A stretch of DNA of 54,827 nucleotides, the filler included, from Bipalium vagum (lineage: Eukaryota), in assembly GCA_037834085.1 (NCBI GenBank). It is 2 parts of 2 records of this genome, joined end to end, with 100 filler letters (N's around TTAATTAATTAA, not from the genome) between each part and the next. Parts side by side here need not be neighbours in the genome. Positions count along the whole stretch, not along the records: positions 31,999 to 54,827 come from JBBMKC010215914.1; 1 more part is not named here. One strand, written 5' to 3'. Of this stretch, positions 50,601 to 54,827 are shown piece by piece (position 1 is the stretch's first letter; each line of letters begins with the position of its first letter). The notes beneath the pieces were generated by a model. It searched no databases and had not been told where the DNA came from. It saw only the letters and a list, made by a program, of their open reading frames with translations. A program made the position numbers and the translations under genes.

Positions 50601-53184
50601 CATACGATATAATAAATAAAATCTTAGAAAATTCAATTAAAATCGAAATATTTTAATAGTGATAAAATTCAGTGAAGATATAATGCTGAGTTAAAATATA
50701 AATCATCATCGCCACCCTTTCAAATTTAAATACACCTTAAATAAACCTTATTCACCTCAAATTGCGTCTTTGGATTATCATTTTTTTTCGATCTCTACAA
50801 ATTTTCTTAAGAGGAAGGGAGTATGATCCATTGAATCATTAAATGTACTCTGATGAATATCTAGACCATAGGCTAAATAATTTTTATCAGTAATGGATTT
50901 TTAGTATCTCGACAAATGACGGAAGGTAACTAAAATGAGTAGTTTTCGAACTTTTCACTTTATCAAAATATCGTTGTTTTGTTTTTTGACAAATGACGGA
51001 AGGTAACTCAAATGATTAGTTTTCGAACTTTTCACTTTATCAAAATGACTTTCCAGATCTAATAAATTTAATTCTGCAATCAAAATAGTATGTATCAGAA
51101 TAAATGTATTTGATTATAAAAACTATAATATTGACTTTATAACCATTCATTATATTAATTTAAAATAATCTTTAATTATTTACCAAATATGAACAAGATT
51201 AATCCGTTGTTCCAAGAATAAAATTTATTTAAGAAGTTTCAGTTTCAAATATTTTATGACAAGTTTATTGATTAATTCTAAATTTACTTGATTAACATTA
51301 TATTCTGAATAAATTTCAATATTCTTGTATATTTATAATATTAACAGAAACACTTTAAAACCTTAATGTAGTTATAATAACAAGGCTAATGAAAATAAAG
51401 ATATTTTCAATATTTAATTTTTAAATAGTTTTATTAAATAAGATTAAAAAAAATTCTTTTCTTATCAATGAATCTGAAATTTATAAATGAAGATAACTCA
51501 AAAGACCATTCGGAGGTAAATTGTTCAACACCTAATTGTTTAAGTTAAGGTAATCAAAAGATTTTTAGAAGTAGATATTTGTCAAATCTATACTGAAATC
51601 TGGCATCTTCCATTTTGGAATTATCAAAATTTATGCTTTTTATAAAGGTTTGTAAATGAAATAATTGATTGTTAAGCTGGTTAATAAAAGGCAAAACTTT
51701 ACTTTAGCTATTTTAATTATTTATGTAAATTGTTATGTTTAAATTAATAAAATTGCTAGAAGACGTATGAATTTAACCACAATTGTAGAAATTATAATTA
51801 ATGATTAAAGTAATGAACAATATGATTTAAGTGCAATATCTAGAAATGATGTCTTTCCATGACTGACAAAAGGGAGATTAGTTGGAAATAACATGATCTG
51901 TAACAAGTATGTTCCTTTACGAAAGACTATTAATTGTCTTATTACTGATGAGGTAGATTTAGAATAAAACTATTGGATATTTGCATTAAATGGAAAGGAA
52001 AATGAGCTCAGCCTTTGGGTGATATCAAGGATAGGGGAGAAGTGCTGAGGTAACATAAATCAACATTTATCAATAAAAATATACCGTTACGTTAGAGTAC
52101 CTAAAATAAATGTATTTTTTGGTGCAGTTGAAATGAGTTTACTTTGATTATTGATAGTGGACCTACGAGATAAGTAGACTACTACCACTGATATCCAAAT
52201 GGATATTACCTAGATACAGAGTTTGCTCAGATGGATTATGTGCCTATTCTATACTGACAAATTATTCCGGTGGAACTTATCAGCATTATGATAAAATTCA
52301 TCAAGAATTTTTTCGAATATATATATATATAAACATCTCACAGGTATGGTCTTGTTACAATCAATTTGAGTATATCTGAAAAGGGATTTATTTAAGGATA
52401 TTATGATTGAAGTCAACTTAAAATAGGTTTAGTAATAAAGTATAATAAAAATTTTACCTATTAAAATTATTATTAATAAAAATTTTTATTCTTTACTTTA
52501 TTGTGAAGAACGTAAAGTCTATCATTTAAAGATGATTTATTACAAAATTAAACTATCATTCAAATGAAACATAAAAATGATTTAATAGAAATTTTAAAAT
52601 AAAAATACAAAAATATTTATACCTGCTCAGCCAATCAATTTGAAAAAGTCCACTTAATTGTTTCTGACTCATGTGACTCGGTAGTACCCAGTTAATGTGT
52701 TTTTTAGGGTTTGAGGGCGATGCTAATCGGGCATAACCTTGAAACTTACCACTTTCTTTAACAGAAAAAATCAGCAAAACATTTTTAGTTTCATAAAATC
52801 CTTTATTCAATCTGATTTCATTAGCTCTAGTTGTGGACCATACATTTCGAACTTTGGCCAATGATATATTTTCAAAATTGTTGCTTTTGATCATAAAATA
52901 TCTTGCCTCGTGAAACAAATACTTGATTCTTGTTGGTAAACGATAGTTTACATCAACATTAGGCGATGATTGTGTACATATCCTTTGAATTTCTTTAGCT
53001 TCAATCTAAATCTAAATAAAACTTGCAAACTAATATTTGTAATACATTCTTGTGACTCTCAAGATCGTTTTCTTCCATAGAATTTTCTTCTGAATTTCTA
53101 TCCCATTCTATTGGAGAAATGCATTTTTCTACATTTAATTATAAAAAAATATTTTAAATTTATCCATTTACCAGTTTCGACCAT
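44656..53184 (-). CDS. YTHDC1: YTH-domain nuclear m6A reader, YTHDC1/YT521-B ortholog. Nine-exon model: 53184-53172, 53128-53046, 53005-52623, 50450-50366, 50313-50045, 49144-49107, 49056-49007, 48950-48891, 44868-44656 (1194 nt, 397 aa)
   Basis: All introns are GT-AG with compatible phases (43, 40, 2172, 52, 900, 50, 56, 4022 nt). YTH domain: [25 protein letters not shown]...[15 protein letters not shown]...INWVLP...FQIDWLSR|[28 protein letters not shown]|[19 protein letters not shown]1-type motifs outside the domain: [14 protein letters not shown]|[18 protein letters not shown], and an RS-rich tail. AATAAA near 44510. The 13-nt first coding exon is the least certain part. Confidence 0.93.
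45700..47600 (+). mobile_element. Highly decayed LTR-retrotransposon remnant in YTHDC1 intron 8, antisense to the gene
   Basis: Integrase Zn-finger-like [24 protein letters not shown] (about 46860-47000); faint protease-like MIDT (about 46473); KWNR..SFE RT/RNaseH-linker-like text (about 47480). Confidence 0.55.
47880..48420 (+). mobile_element. Mariner relic in YTHDC1 intron 8
   Basis: DEK*ILYD and [17 protein letters not shown] fragments. Confidence 0.6.
50911..51046. repeat. 59-bp direct duplication (50911-50969 and 50988-51046, 2 mismatches)
   Basis: gacaaatgacggaaggtaact..cactttatcaaaat appears twice with an 18-bp spacer. Confidence 0.92.
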
Positions 53185-53889
53185 TTAAGAAGTTTATAAA
53201 TAAAGAGACTAATAAAACAATATTAACATATTTACAAACATTCATATATATCTATTAAAACATTAATTTCATCGAACTATAACTAAATGTTTATATTAAT
53301 TTAAATTTCCTTAATTAGCATCTAATGGCTTAAAATTAGTAATTTTTAATTTTATTAGCAAACATAATTGAATTAAATTGTAAATCTAGAATTAATTCAT
53401 AAATAAATATCAGTGAATAAAGTTGCAATTACTAAAAAAATTCATTATAATTTTAATAATTAGTTAAATAATCTTTATTATTTATAGTTACAAATTATTT
53501 CATTAACAGATCTTTATGTAAAAATATACATTTTGATTCTTTCATTTTATAATGGAATATGCCAGATTTCAGTATAGAATTGACATAATATCTACTTTTA
53601 CATATACTTTACATATTTTGATTAGCTTAACTTAAACGACAAATATGTTATGAACAGTTCTCTTTCGAATAATTTCGATGATTTATAATTCGAATAAAAT
53701 AAACGAATTTATAGAATAGTATAATAAATACTTTGACGAATACAGTTTAATTATTTAAACCAATTTGTGAATAAATGACAAATATCAGGTAACGAACTAA
53801 GTTTTTTCGTTTTTTAATTAAAAACTAAACTAAGACTGAAGTGAAATTTAATTTATTAATCATAAAACATTATTAAACAATTAATCATT

Positions 53890-54710
53890 TAGATATTCCC
53901 CTTTTTCTATTACTGCCTCCTCTCTATTTAGAAATTTATTGATCCAAGTATTAAAGAAGTCTCGATCTTTTGAATGAAAGAAAGTACTTCATTCTTTATA
54001 CCTTCGGAACTTATAAAATTTTTACCAATCAAGTGATCTGTAATACCTGGAAGAAATAAAATTTGGATGAGGCGATATCGGGACTATTTGGCGGATGTTC
54101 CATTAGAGTCCAGATCAATTCCTGAATAACCTTCAATGCCTTCATTGATTTGTGAGGCTTGGCATTATCTTGGTGAAAAATCACTTATTTTCGGTTTATC
54201 AAACTGCTCCGGTTTTCCTCCATAATGGCATGAACTCTTCTTAGCATGTCACAATAGACATCAGAATTAATGGTTTCCCCGGATTTGAGAAACTCCTGAT
54301 AAATAAGTCCACGAGAATCCCACCAAATGCATAAAAATTTCGTGTAAGGTTGCGTGTTCCAATTTTTGCGCAGGCTCTCCTTTCAACGACCACGATCTTC
54401 GTCTGGTTATGTTGTCATGATAGATCCACCTTTCATCGCAGGTGACTATCCGGTAGAGAAAAGGATCATTTCGGTTTCTTTCGAGAAGTCTTGAATAAAT
54501 TTCAATGTGATCTAACTTGCTTTTTCAGCTAGCTGATGGGGAACACATTTGTTGAGCTTACAAGTGAATCCTAATGCTTTCAGTCGGTTTCTTATTGCTG
54601 TATCACTTATATTTAACCTAGAAGCGATTTGTTTAGCACTAATTGATCTGTTTTGTTCAAAAAGGTCCATAATTTGATAATCCTTCAATTCTTTTAGCCT
54701 TTTTCGCCAC
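53890..54710 (-). mobile_element. Mariner transposase pseudogene upstream of YTHDC1
   Basis: CVPHQL, FLYRIVTCDERWIYHDN, LCIWWDSRG, VIFHQDNAKPH, HPPNSPDIASS. Confidence 0.92.
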
Positions 54711-54827
54711 TATTGAATTTTTATGAACTAATTTTGCACTGTTTTTTTTGAAGGTTTTTGAAAAATAAAAATAAGGTAATTAAATTTAACAACTTAAAGT
54801 ACTACAAAATTAAATAACGAATATGTA

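Noticed and set aside
51480-52420. Extra YTHDC1 exons in intron 3
   Set aside because: The flanking exons join in frame into a contiguous YTH domain. The sequence is stop-rich and probably an unidentifiable TE remnant.

Overview
Very AT-rich eukaryotic (probably invertebrate) genomic DNA, with short 40-67 nt GT-AG introns. The left 31.9 kb has no gene I can support. It holds many decayed Tc1/mariner and pogo-type DNA transposons from different families, plus AAT microsatellites. An artificial 100-bp linker (44N-TTAATTAATTAA-44N, 31899-31998) separates it from the right part, so the two sides may not be adjacent in the genome. The right part contains two real genes: a small Rieske [2Fe-2S] protein (RFESD-like, + strand, 5' end unresolved) and a 9-exon YTHDC1/YT521-B m6A reader (- strand, 397 aa in my manual model). 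Around them lie two decayed restriction-like-endonuclease (RLE) non-LTR retrotransposons, a deleted Gypsy element with one LTR, an intronic Gypsy remnant, more mariner relics and an unexplained hairpin-rich element at about 42.8-43.5 kb. The best leads are a possible m6A-dependent autoregulatory intron in YTHDC1 and that structured element. All calls come from manual reading, and boundaries of degenerate elements are approximate.
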